A DNA stretch of 64,000 nt. Origin: an uncultured Actinomycetota bacterium (lineage in GTDB: Bacteria > Actinomycetota > Actinomycetes > Streptosporangiales > Streptosporangiaceae). Positions 9,361 through 19,518 of the stretch are shown here, piece by piece. The first letter of the stretch is position 1. The number at the start of each line of letters is the position of its first letter. Below the pieces are notes generated by a model. It was not told where the DNA came from. It saw only the letters and a list, made by a program, of their open reading frames with translations, and made no database searches. Location: positions 40,499 through 104,498 of the forward strand of contig CAWBJA010000018.1 in assembly GCA_963788895.1 (NCBI GenBank), in the 5' to 3' direction. Both the position numbers and the translations under genes were made by a program.

Positions 9361-10720
9361 TCCCGGCGGCGGTCCAGGCCAGGCGCCGCGCCCGGGCGGC
9401 CGGGCGGCTACGGCAAGCTGCCCCCGGTCCGGCCGAGCGCCTGGCGCGGCGCGACGAGCTACAAGCTGCCCAAGGCCCGGCCGGGCACCCGGCGCGGGCT
9501 GGGCAAGCTGCCCCCGGTCCGGCCCGCCGGGCACTCGCCCGGCTCGCCGCTGGGCCAGATCGCCCCGCGCAAGTCGCCGCTGCGCCGGGCGCTGGGCCGC
9601 GACTCGCCGCTGCGCCACCTGGACTACATCCTGCTGGCCGCGATGCTGGCCCTGAGCCTGGTCGGGACCCTGCTGGTCTGGTCGGCCACCACGCCCGCCC
9701 TGGTGCACTCGCACGCCGACCCGCGCACCTACCTGTACAAGCAACTGCTGAACATCGCGATCGGCCTGATCTTCCTGGGCGCGGTCAGCCTGCTCGACTT
9801 CCGCCAGTTGCGGCTGTACGCGCCGTTCCTCTACGCGGTGTCGGCCCTGGGCCTGGCGGTGGTGCTCACCCCGCTAGGCAGCATCGTCAACGGCGCCCAT
9901 TCCTGGATCTCGCTGCCCGGCGGCTTCCAGATCGAGCCGTCGGAGTTCGCCAAGCTGGCCATCATCCTGACCACCGCGATCATCCTGGGCGAGCTGCGCC
10001 AGGGCGAGACCAGGCCGCGGCTGCGGACGGTGGGACTGGCCGCGGGCGTCGCCGCGCTGCCCATCGGGCTGGTCGTGCTCGAACCCGACCTCGGCGTAGT
10101 GATCTTGATGCTGGCGCTGGTGATCGGCCTGATCGCGCTGTCCGGCATCCGGCTGTGGTGGCTGGCTCGGCCTGCTGGCCGGGGGCACGCTGGTGGCCAT
10201 CTCCGCGCTCCAGCTGCACCTGCTCAAGGCCTACCAGCTCGACCGGCTGACCGCGTTCGCCAACCCGTCCGCCGACCCGCGCGGCACTGGCTACAGCGCC
10301 GCCCAGGCCAAGATCGCGATCGGCTCGGGCGGGCTGTTCGGGCAGGGCCTGTTCCACGGCCAGCTGGTGGCCGGGAACTTCGTGCCCGAGCAGCACACCG
10401 ACTTCATCTTCGCGGTGGCGGGGGAGGAGCTTGGTTTCGCCGGCACGGTCCTGATCATCGCCCTGCTGGCCGTGCTGCTGCTGCGCGCGCTGCGGATCGC
10501 GGCCCGGGCCGACGACCAGTTCGGGATGCTGGTCGCAGCCGGGATCGCGATCTGGTTCGCGGTCCAGTCGTTTATCAACATCGGCATGACGGTCGGCATC
10601 ATGCCGGTGACCGGGCTGCCGCTGCCGTTCGTGTCCTACGGCGGGTCAGCCATCTTCGCCGACATGATCGCGGTCGGGGCGCTGATGGCGGTGCACCGCC
10701 GCCACACGGTCTTCACCTAG
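9343..10720 (+). pseudogene. rodA: SEDS-family peptidoglycan polymerase RodA, apparent frame break near 10153
   Basis: The ATG lies in the third repeat copy. An Arg/Pro-rich N-terminal tail is followed by TM segments (LDYILLAAMLALSLVGTLLVWSAT...). The C-terminal half (GLFGQGLFHGQLVAGNFVPEQHTDFIFAVAGEELGF...PLPFVSYGGSA) is in the +1 frame (track ORF 10193..10720). Length is 3n+1. Confidence 0.88.
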
Positions 10721-10755
10721 CCAGGTTCACTCCGCCGGGGTTCAGATGGCCGGGT

Positions 10756-11754
10756 TCAGCCTGGCCGGTGTTCACCTCTGGGCTGCGGAGCGTCCGGGCT
10801 GGGCGTCAGGTCCGGGGCAACGCTTGGCTCGGGGCCGGGCGCGTCAGCCGGGCCCGCTGAGCGGGCCCGGCCAGCCCCGGACTTCCCGTTCTGCCATGGT
10901 TTGGCCAGGCTCAGCCAGGTCAGCGCGGCGGCCAGCAGCACCGCGCACAGCACCCAGCCCAGGGCCGTGGTGCCCACCCCGACGTACTTCAGCCCCGACG
11001 CGAAGATCACGAACGTGATCGCGGGCCTGATGTAGCGGTCCGGGGCGTAGGACGACAGGAACGAGCCCACCAGGACGGCCGGGACGCTCCCGATGATGAT
11101 CGAGGTAGTGACCGCGAACTCCACGTGGCCGAAGGCCAGCGCGCCCAGCGCGGCGGCCAGGGTCAGCGGCACCGCCTGGGTCAGGTCGGTCCCGACCAGC
11201 TGGTTAGCGCCGAGCACCGGGTACAGGAACAGCAGCAGCACGATCATCAGCGAGCCTGAGCCCACCGAGGTCATCCCGACGATGATCCCGCCGGCCATGC
11301 CGATGGCCACGGTGAGCAGCGGCCGGCTGGCCACGTCGGCCACCACCCCCTGGCGCCGGTGCCCGCCGCGCAGGTCCAGGCCGTAGCGCAGCACCATGGC
11401 GCCCGCGCCGACCAGCAGCGCCGCGCCGAGCACCTGCTCCACCCGGTCCTGGGCGGCGGCGGCATTGCCGATCAGGTGGAGCAGATAGGAGCCGAAGAAC
11501 GCCATCGGCACCGAGCCCAGCACCATCCAGCCGACCAGCCGCAGGTTGACCGTGCCCTTGCGCAGGTGCACCGCCGCGCCGACCGGCCGCATCACGACCG
11601 CGGCGACCAGGTCGCTGGAGATCGCGGTGGACGGCTTCACCCCGAACAGCAGGATCAGCATCGGGGTCATCAGCGCTCCGCCGCCCGCCCCGGTCAGGCC
11701 GACCAGCAGCCCGACGACCGCGCTGCCGATCACGATGTAAGGATCGACGTGCAA
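10756..11754 (-). CDS. TauE/SafE (TSUP, DUF81) family sulfite/anion exporter
   Basis: 332 aa and polytopic. The N-terminal pattern GLLVGLTGAGGGALMTPMLILLFG is typical of this family. Confidence 0.8.
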   Translation of the reverse strand: MHVDPYIVIGSAVVGLLVGLTGAGGGALMTPMLILLFGVKPSTAISSDLVAAVVMRPVGAAVHLRKGTVNLRLVGWMVLGSVPMAFFGSYLLHLIGNAAAAQDRVEQVLGAALLVGAGAMVLRYGLDLRGGHRRQGVVADVASRPLLTVAIGMAGGIIVGMTSVGSGSLMIVLLLFLYPVLGANQLVGTDLTQAVPLTLAAALGALAFGHVEFAVTTSIIIGSVPAVLVGSFLSSYAPDRYIRPAITFVIFASGLKYVGVGTTALGWVLCAVLLAAALTWLSLAKPWQNGKSGAGRARSAGPADAPGPEPSVAPDLTPSPDAPQPRGEHRPG

Positions 11755-11926
11755 TCCGCACCTCCGGAGGCGCTGGCGCGCGGCCTGGGCCTGACCGGCG
11801 CGGGAGCCGCACGGCGGGCGGCCGTGACGGTCTGAATTTCACTCCCCTTCTATCACGATCTGATAGCTAGGAAACCGATATGCCCGGACTGGCCGCGGCG
11901 TGACCCGCGCGCCGGCTCGGTAGGCT

Positions 11927-14032
11927 GTGACGATGCCAGTGCGTTCGGTGTACCCCGAGCTTGAGCCGCTGCTGCCGCGAGTCCGCAAGCCCGTGCAGTA
12001 CGTGGGCGGTGAGCTGAACTCGGTCGTCAAGGACTGGGACGCGGCGCAGGTGCGGTGGGCGCTGATGTATCCGGACGCGTACGAGGTCGGGGTGCCGAAC
12101 CAGGGCGTGCAGATCCTCTACGAGGTGCTCAACGGCTGCCCCGACGTACTGGCCGAGCGGACCTACAGCGTCTGGCCGGACCTGGAGGCACTGATGCGGG
12201 CGCACCAGATCCCGCAGTTCACCGTGGACGCGCACCGGCCAGTCGGCGCTTTCGACGTGCTCGGGGTGAGTTTCGCCACCGAACTGGGCTACACCAACCT
12301 GCTGACCGCGCTCGACCTGGCCGGGATCCCGCTCAGCGCGGCCAGCCGCGGCGATGACCACCCGCTGGTGCTGGCCGGCGGGCACGCGGCGTTCAACCCC
12401 GAGCCGATCGCGGAGTTCATCGACGGGGCCGTGCTGGGCGACGGCGAGCAGGCCGTACTGGCCATCACCGAGCTGATCAGGGCCTGGAAGCGAGCCGGGC
12501 GGCCCGGCGGGCGCACCGGCCTGCTGCTGCGGCTGGCCGCCGACGGCGGGGTGTACGTGCCGCGGTTCTACGACGTCAGCTACGCCGCCGATGGCCAGAT
12601 CGAGCAGGTCAGCCCGAACCGGCCCGGCGTACCGCGGACGGTGGCCAAGCACACCGTGATGGACCTGGACTCCTGGCCTTACCCGCGCAAGCCGCTGGTG
12701 CCGGTGGCCGAGTCGGTGCACGAGCGGTTCAGCGTGGAGATCTTCCGCGGCTGCACCAGGGGCTGCCGGTTCTGCCAGGCGGGCATGATCACCCGGCCGG
12801 TCCGGGAGCGGTCGGTGACGACCGTGGGCGAGATGGTGCAGGCCGGGCTGGGCGCCAGCGGGTTCAGCGAGGTAGGGCTGCTGTCGCTGTCCAGTGCCGA
12901 CCACAGCGAGATCAACGAGATCGCCACCGGCCTGGCCGACCGGTACCAGGGCACCAACACCGGGCTCTCGCTGCCCTCCACCCGGGTGGACGCGTTCAAT
13001 GTGACGCTGGCCGACGAGCTGAGCCGCAACGGGCGCCGGTCCGGGCTGACCTTCGCCCCGGAAGGCGGCACCGACCGGATCCGCAAGGTGATCAACAAGA
13101 TGGTCACCGAGGACGACCTGATCCAGACGGTGACCACCGCCTATGCCAGCGGCTGGCGGCAGGTGAAGCTGTACTTCATGTGCGGGCTGCCCACCGAGAC
13201 CGACGAGGACGTGCTGGCCATCGCTCGGGTGGCCCGGCGGGTCATCGAGGCGGGCCGGGCCGCGACCGGTCGGCGTGATATCCGCTGCACCGTATCGATC
13301 GGCGCGTTCGTGCCCAAGCCGCACACCCCGTTCCAGTGGGTCGCCCAGTGCGATCACCAGACGGTCGACGCCCGGCTGCGGGCGCTGGGCCAGGCGCTGC
13401 GCGCGGACCGGAACTACGGCAAGGCCATCGGCTTGCGCTACCACGAGGGCCAGCCGTCGATCATCGAGGGCCTGCTGTCCCGCGGTGACCGGCGGGTGGC
13501 CAAGGTGATCAAGGCGGCATGGCTGGCCGGCGCCAGGTTCGACGGGTGGAGCGAGTACTTCAGCTACGACCGGTGGGCCACGTGCGCGGAGGAAGCGCTG
13601 GCCGCCGACGGCGTCGACCTGGCCTGGTACACCACCAGGGAGCGGGGCTACCGCGAGCTGCTGCCCTGGGATCACCTGGACTCCGGGCTGGACCGGGACT
13701 GGCTGTGGCAGGACTGGCTGGCCGCCATCGACACCAGCGGCGCGGCCGAGGTCGAGGACTGCCGGTGGACCCCCTGCTTCGAGTGCGGCGTCTGCCCGGC
13801 GATGGGCACCGAGATCGAGACCGGGCCGACCGGGGCCAGGCTGCTCCCGCTGAGCGTGGCGGGCGGGCCAGCGGCCGGCCGGACCGAGCCGGCGCCGGTG
13901 GCGGGCGGGCCAGCGAGCGGCCGGACCGGCCTTGCGCCGGTGGCGGGCGGGCCGCCAGCCCCGGGTCCGGGCCAACCCCGGGCGGGACTAGGGAATGAGA
14001 CAGGCCACGGGAGACGTTCCCGTTATAAGTAA
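11927..14032 (+). CDS. radical SAM protein of the TIGR03960 type with a B12-binding-like N-terminal domain
   Basis: 701 aa with the CxxxCxxC cluster motif FRGCTRGCRFCQAG. Conserved partner of the next gene, upstream of rne. The start may instead be the ATG at 11933. Confidence 0.85.
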   Translation: MTMPVRSVYPELEPLLPRVRKPVQYVGGELNSVVKDWDAAQVRWALMYPDAYEVGVPNQGVQILYEVLNGCPDVLAERTYSVWPDLEALMRAHQIPQFTVDAHRPVGAFDVLGVSFATELGYTNLLTALDLAGIPLSAASRGDDHPLVLAGGHAAFNPEPIAEFIDGAVLGDGEQAVLAITELIRAWKRAGRPGGRTGLLLRLAADGGVYVPRFYDVSYAADGQIEQVSPNRPGVPRTVAKHTVMDLDSWPYPRKPLVPVAESVHERFSVEIFRGCTRGCRFCQAGMITRPVRERSVTTVGEMVQAGLGASGFSEVGLLSLSSADHSEINEIATGLADRYQGTNTGLSLPSTRVDAFNVTLADELSRNGRRSGLTFAPEGGTDRIRKVINKMVTEDDLIQTVTTAYASGWRQVKLYFMCGLPTETDEDVLAIARVARRVIEAGRAATGRRDIRCTVSIGAFVPKPHTPFQWVAQCDHQTVDARLRALGQALRADRNYGKAIGLRYHEGQPSIIEGLLSRGDRRVAKVIKAAWLAGARFDGWSEYFSYDRWATCAEEALAADGVDLAWYTTRERGYRELLPWDHLDSGLDRDWLWQDWLAAIDTSGAAEVEDCRWTPCFECGVCPAMGTEIETGPTGARLLPLSVAGGPAAGRTEPAPVAGGPASGRTGLAPVAGGPPAPGPGQPRAGLGNETGHGRRSRYK

Positions 14033-14054
14033 AGCGAGAGGAAGCGGGGCGTAG

Positions 14055-15011
14055 ATGCAGCGTCCTGCGCCGTCCGGCCCGCCCCCCGCGCCGGTGGCCC
14101 AGCGAATGGTGATCCGGTACGCCAAGCGCGGCAAGATGCGCTTCGCGAGCCACCGGGATATCGCTCGGGCGGTCGAGCGGGGCGTGCGGATGGCGGGCCT
14201 GCCCGTCGCGTACTCGGCCGGCTTCTCGCCGCACCCGAAGATTTCGTACTCCGGCGGCGCGCAGACCGGCGTCGCCAGCGAGGCTGAATACCTGGAGATC
14301 GCGCTGACCGGCGCGTGCGCGGCACCGGAGGTGCGGGACCGGCTGGACGCCGCCCTGCCCCACGGTATCGACGTGGTCGAGGTATATGAGCTGGTGGCGG
14401 GGGACCGTGCCGAGCGGGGCGGGTCATCCACCAGGCCAGCGGGCGCCGAGACGGCGACCGCGGGCCCGCTCCAGCTGGAGGCGTCGCTGTGGCGGGTGGA
14501 ACTCCCTGGGGTCGGGGCCGATGAGACGGCCCGGGCCATCGAGGTGTTTCTCGCCGCGGACCGGATTGAGGTGGATCGCCTCACCAGTAAGGGGACCAGG
14601 CGGCTGGACGCCCGTTCAGCCGTGCTCACGCTGGAGCTAGACCGGCGTGCCGGTGAAGGCCCGGACACCGGATGTGCGATACTTCGAATGGTTGTTCGGC
14701 ACATGACACCTGCCGTCCGACCCGACGACATCCTGGCCGCGCTTGGCCATGTGGCGGCCCTCGCGCCGACGTCACCCGCATTGGTGACGCGGCTGGCGCA
14801 GGGGCCGACCGGAATGGTGGCTGCTGCCGCGAGGACCGGGGCGCCTGGTACCACCGGGCCGCCCGGCTCCTCCGGGCTGGCTGGACCCGCTGGGTCCACG
14901 CCGTCCGCTGCGGCACTGCCCCATCCGCCCGCGCCGAGCGCAGGACAGGGACAGGAAAAGGCAACGCGCCTGGAAGCGGAGGACGCCGGATGGCGAGCAC
15001 CGCACCAGTGA
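14055..15011 (+). CDS. radical SAM-associated protein of the TIGR03936 (DUF2344) type
   Basis: The N-terminus RYAKRGKMRFASHRDIARAVERGVRMAGLPVAYSAGFSPHPKISY is the family signature. Synteny also supports the call. Confidence 0.8.
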   Translation: MQRPAPSGPPPAPVAQRMVIRYAKRGKMRFASHRDIARAVERGVRMAGLPVAYSAGFSPHPKISYSGGAQTGVASEAEYLEIALTGACAAPEVRDRLDAALPHGIDVVEVYELVAGDRAERGGSSTRPAGAETATAGPLQLEASLWRVELPGVGADETARAIEVFLAADRIEVDRLTSKGTRRLDARSAVLTLELDRRAGEGPDTGCAILRMVVRHMTPAVRPDDILAALGHVAALAPTSPALVTRLAQGPTGMVAAAARTGAPGTTGPPGSSGLAGPAGSTPSAAALPHPPAPSAGQGQEKATRLEAEDAGWRAPHQ

Positions 15012-15095
15012 GCGCGTATGGACAGCTCTCGCGCGGCGCGGCGGGCCGGAAACCCGGCCCCAGCGCCCGGGAGCCTGACGGGAGAGATTGCCCGG

Positions 15096-18000
15096 ATGCT
15101 CGACAACGAGCGACACAACGAGGAACGAGACCATGACGGGTCTGCGAGCGCCAGCCAGCCAGCTGCGGTAAGCAGCCCGGCGCCAGCCAGCCCTCAGCCA
15201 GCGAGCACGGGGCCAGCCAGCACCGGGTCAGCCAGCACCGGGTCAGCCAGCAGCGGGCCAGCCAGCAGCCGGTCGGCGAGTAGCGGGCCAGCGAGCGGCG
15301 AGTCGGCTGGCGGTGACCCAGCGCAGGCCCCAGGCCGCCGGGTCCGGCGGACCCGGAAGGCGGCCGTCCGGCCCGCGGGCGCCCCAGCCGAGGAGCCGTC
15401 TGGCCCCGCCGGTGCGGCGGGCCCTGAGCAGGCGGACCAGCCGCCCGCGAAGACCACGCGGCGCCGGCGGACCGCCAGCGCGTCGGCCGAGGTCGCCGCT
15501 GAGCCTGGCCGAGTCAGCCGGCCCCGCGACGGCGCCCGCGCCGCAGGCCGCTGGCCCAGCATCGGGCAGCGGTTCCGCGAAGGCGAGCGGCTCCGCGCCA
15601 GGCGGCAGCTCAGAGACGGGCAGCGGTTCCGCGAAGGCCAGCGGTTCCGCGTCGGGCGGCGGCTCTACGTCGGGCAGTGGCTCACGGACGGGCAGTGGCT
15701 CAGGGACGGGCAGTGGCTCAGGGACGGGCAGTGGCTCCGCGCCGAGCGCGCCGGCGGCGGTGTTCCAGCCCCCGCTGGTCATCTTCCAGCCGCCGGACCT
15801 GGCCGCGGCCAGCGCGGCCCGGCCGGAGGACAGCGACGAGGCCAGCCCGGCCCGGCGCCGGACCAGGTCCGCGCGCGGGTCCAGCGCGGCGGGCGGCTCC
15901 GGCGGGTCGGGCGGCGGCGGGCAGGCGGAGACCGCGACCGCCGGGTCCGGTGACGGTGCCGGCCCGGCTGGTGCCGGCTCGGGCGGTGCAGGCTCAGGCG
16001 GTTCTGGCTCAGGCGGTTCTGGCCCGGATGGCGACGGCGAGTCCGGCGGTCCGTCGAGCCGGCGCAGGCGCCGGGGTGGCCGTAGCCACGCCAAGGGCCG
16101 GGCCGAGGACGGCGCCGACAACGGCGCGGCCGACGGCCACGGTGCGGCCGGCTCGGCCCGCGACGGCGAGCCCGACGCGGCCGAGTCCGGCGGCGGCGCT
16201 GATGGCGGGGCCAGCCAGGACGGCGAGTCCGGCGAGGGCGCGGCCGGCCGGCGGCGCAGGCGGCGGCGGCGCAGCGGAACGGCCGGCGAGCCGGACCAGG
16301 CCGCGTCCGACGACCCGCCCAACACGGTCGTGCACGTCCGGGCGCCCCGGACGGCCGAAGACGCCTCGAGCGACGTCAGGTCGGTGAAGGGCTCGACCCG
16401 GCTGGAGGCCAAGCGGCAGCGCCGCCGCGAGGGCAGGGAGTCGGGCCGGCGCAGGCCGCCGATCATCACCGAGTCGGAGTTCCTGGCCCGCCGGGAGGCG
16501 GTGGAACGGGTCATGGTGGTCCGGCAGACCGGCGACCGGACCCAGATCGCGGTGCTGGAGGACGACGTTCTCGTCGAGCACTACGTGGACAAGGCCAGCA
16601 GCCAGTCCTACGTCGGCAACGTGTACCTGGGCAAGGTGCAGAACGTGCTGCCCTCGATGGAGGCCGCCTTCGTCGACATCGGCAAGGGCCGCAACGCGGT
16701 CCTGTACGCCGGCGAGGTCAACTTCGACGCCAGCGGGCTGGAAGGGGAGTCGAAGCGGATCGAGTCCGCGCTGAAGTCCGGGCAATCGATCCTGGTCCAG
16801 GCCACCAAGGACCCGATCGGCCACAAGGGCGCCCGGCTGACCAGCCAGGTCAGCCTGCCCGGCCGGTACCTGGTGTACGTGCCAGGCGCCTCGATGACCG
16901 GGATCAGCCGTAAGCTCCCCGACACCGAGCGCACCCGGCTCAAGCACATACTCAAGCAGGTCATGCCCGAGCACGCGGGCGTCATCGTGCGGACCGCCGC
17001 CGAGGGGGCCGCGGAAGAGGAGCTGGCCAGGGACGTGGCCCGGCTGGCCGCCCAGTGGGAGGCGATCGAGCGCCGGGCCAAGTCGGCGACCGCGCCCGAG
17101 CTGCTCTACAGCGAGCCGGACCTGACCATCCGGGTGGTCAGGGACATCTTCAACGAGGACTTCAGCAAGCTCGTCATCGCCAGCGACGGCGAGTGGGACA
17201 TCGTCGATGAGTACATCAGGTACGTGGCCCCGCACCTGGCCGACCGGCTGGAGCGCTGGCAGGACGACGACGGCGACGTGTTCGCGCACTACCGGATCGA
17301 CGAGCAGATCGGCAAGGCGCTGGAGCGCAAGGTCTGGCTGCCCAGCGGCGGCTCGCTGGTCATCGACACCACCGAGGCGATGACCGTCATCGACGTCAAC
17401 ACCGGCAAGTTCACCGGCCAGGGCGGCAACCTGGAGCAGACCGTCACCAGGAACAACCTGGAGGCCGCCGAGGAGATCGTCCGGCAGCTGCGGGTCAGGG
17501 ACGTCGGCGGCATCATCGTGATCGACTTCATCGACATGGTCCTGGAGAGCAACAGGGACCTGGTGCTGCGGCGGCTGCTGGAGTGCCTGGCCCGGGACCG
17601 GACCAAGCATCAGGTGGCCGAGGTCACTTCGCTGGGCCTGGTCCAGATGACCAGGAAGCGGGTCGGTTCGGGGCTGCTGGAAGCGTTCTCCGTGTCGTGT
17701 GAGCACTGCAACGGCCGGGGCGTCCTGGTCTCGCTGGAGCCGGTCGATCACGCGCACGCGCCGTCGGGCCGGGACGAGCGGGGCCGCGAGGACCGCGGCG
17801 GCAAACGGTCCCGCGGCGGCGACGGTCGTGGCAGTGACGCTCGTGGCGGGGATGCTCGTGGCGGGGATGTTCGTGGCGGTGACGCTCGCGGCGGCGAGGC
17901 CCGGGGTGATGAGGCCCGGGGCGGGGACGGCCGTGACGGTGACGCTCGCGGTGGCGAGGCCCGGGGCGGCGGCGAGGACACCGGCCCGGCGGAGACGGCC

Positions 18001-18651
18001 AGCCCGCGCAAGCGGTCCCGGTCCGGCTCAGCCAAGGCCAAGAGCGATCAAGCCAAGAGCGATCAAGCCAAGGGTGATCAAGCCGAGGGTGATCAAGCCG
18101 AGGGCGATCAGGCGCCGCACGACCAGCGCCAGGGCGACCGAACGCAGGGCGGCCAGCGCCACGGCGACGGGCCTCAGGGTGACCGGGCGCAGGGCGATCA
18201 AGGGCAGCCGGAGCACGCTCAGGGCGGGCTGGGGGACGGCGGGCCTGGCGACGGCACCGGGCCGGACGGCCGCGGCCCAGGCGGCGGCACAGGGACGGCT
18301 GAGCAGGCCGGCCCGGACTCCCGGCGCGACGGTTCGCTCGCCGGCGGCTCAGCCAACGGCAACCAGGCCGAGCAGCCGGCCTCGGGTGGCCGTCGGCGCA
18401 GGCCAGCGGCCCGGCGCGAGCAGGCCCCGCCCGCGCCCGAGTACACCGTGGACCGCTCGGCCGACACTTCAGGACCAGGAACCGGCGGCGGCTCAGCCGG
18501 CCGCGGCACCGGCTCGGATGACGGGGCGGCCGGTACCGCCGCGGCCCGGGCTGAGGCCGGCGCCGGGCCCGGCGAAGGTGACGGGCGACCGGGCGATGAC
18601 GGGCAGGCTAAGGTCGAGGAACATGCCGCGGTCGCGGTCCGTTCGGTCTGA
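15096..18651 (+). CDS. rne: ribonuclease E/G family endoribonuclease (RNase E) with long disordered N- and C-terminal regions; an apparent +1 frame change at about 15470-15540
   Basis: The catalytic core is unambiguous: S1 domain GNVYLGKVQNVLPSMEAAFVDIGKGRNAVLY, then ...VIDVNTGKF..., then GGIIVIDFIDM. An SD (GGGAGAG) plus the ATG at 15096 opens a plausible N-terminus (MLDNERHNEE...RRVRRTRK...) in frame 0, whereas the core is in frame 1 (track ORF 15313..18651). Length is 3n+1. A start inside frame 1, for example near 15313-15412, is the alternative. Confidence 0.85.
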
Positions 18652-18798
18652 TACTCTTTGTGGTCGGCGCATCAGGCGAATCCTCACGGTCAAATCACGC
18701 GATGATCGCCAGCTAAACGCAGGCGAGCCCGTTCGCGCCATGGTGGAACGACTCCGCGGATCTCGCGGCGGGCCCGCATAAGGGAGAGAGAGTACTCG

Positions 18799-19140
18799 GT
18801 GTACGCGATCGTGCGCTGCGGCGGCAGGCAGGAGAAGGCGTCGGTTGACGATGTCCTGACCGTGGACAAGCTCACTGGTGAGGTCGGGTCCAGCATCAAG
18901 CTGGCCGCCGTTCTCGTGGTCGACGACGGCCAGGTCATCAGTGACCCGGCCGAAGTGGGCCGGTACGAGGTCACTGCCGAGATAGTGGGGGCGGCCAGCG
19001 GCCCCAAGATCAACATGATCCACTACAAGAACAAGACCGGTTACCGGCGCCGGAAGGGTCACCGGCAGAAGTACTCGCAGGTGAAGATCACCGGCATCAG
19101 CGGCGGCAAGGCCCGGGCCAGCTCAAGGAAGAAGGGCTGA
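18799..19140 (+). CDS. rplU: 50S ribosomal protein L21
   Basis: [25 protein letters not shown]...; 113 aa; rplU-rpmA-obg synteny. Confidence 0.95.
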   Translation: MYAIVRCGGRQEKASVDDVLTVDKLTGEVGSSIKLAAVLVVDDGQVISDPAEVGRYEVTAEIVGAASGPKINMIHYKNKTGYRRRKGHRQKYSQVKITGISGGKARASSRKKG

Positions 19141-19141
19141 G

Positions 19142-19417
19142 ATGGCACACAAGAAAGGCGCGTCGTCCAGCCGGAACGGCCGCGACTCCAACGCCCAGCG
19201 GCTAGGCGTCAAGCGCTTCGGCGGTCAGCTGGTCGGCGCGGGCGAGATCATCGTGCGCCAGCACGGCACCCACTTCCACCCCGGCCTCGGGGTCGGGCGT
19301 GGCGGGGATGACACCCTGTACGCGCTGGTGAGCGGGAAGGTCCAGTTCGGCACCCGGCGCGGCCGCCGGGCCGTGAGCGTCATCGCGGCCGAGCCGGAGC
19401 CCGCCCAGGCGGGCTAA
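19142..19417 (+). CDS. rpmA: 50S ribosomal protein L27
   Basis: [29 protein letters not shown]... is the canonical L27 N-terminus. Confidence 0.95.
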   Translation: MAHKKGASSSRNGRDSNAQRLGVKRFGGQLVGAGEIIVRQHGTHFHPGLGVGRGGDDTLYALVSGKVQFGTRRGRRAVSVIAAEPEPAQAG

Positions 19418-19518
19418 GCCCGCCGCGGATACTCAGGCAGCGGCAGGGCAGACCGGCGCTCCGGTCCGCCCTGCCGCTGTCGTGTGAAGAGCCATCGCTA
19501 TTGAGGAAGGAGCGTGCC

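Noticed and set aside
8158-9744. 528-aa minus-strand ORF across the PBP2/rodA junction
   Set aside because: Antisense to two well-supported genes and to the 92-bp repeats. Its internal repeats merely mirror the tandem duplication.
11867-13975. 702-aa ORF antisense to the radical SAM gene
   Set aside because: A shadow ORF typical of very GC-rich DNA. The plus-strand product has the CxxxCxxC radical SAM motif and conserved synteny, whereas the minus-strand translation is low-complexity Arg/Pro/Gly.
16009-17757. 582-aa ORF antisense to the rne catalytic core
   Set aside because: A shadow ORF opposite an unambiguous RNase E core.
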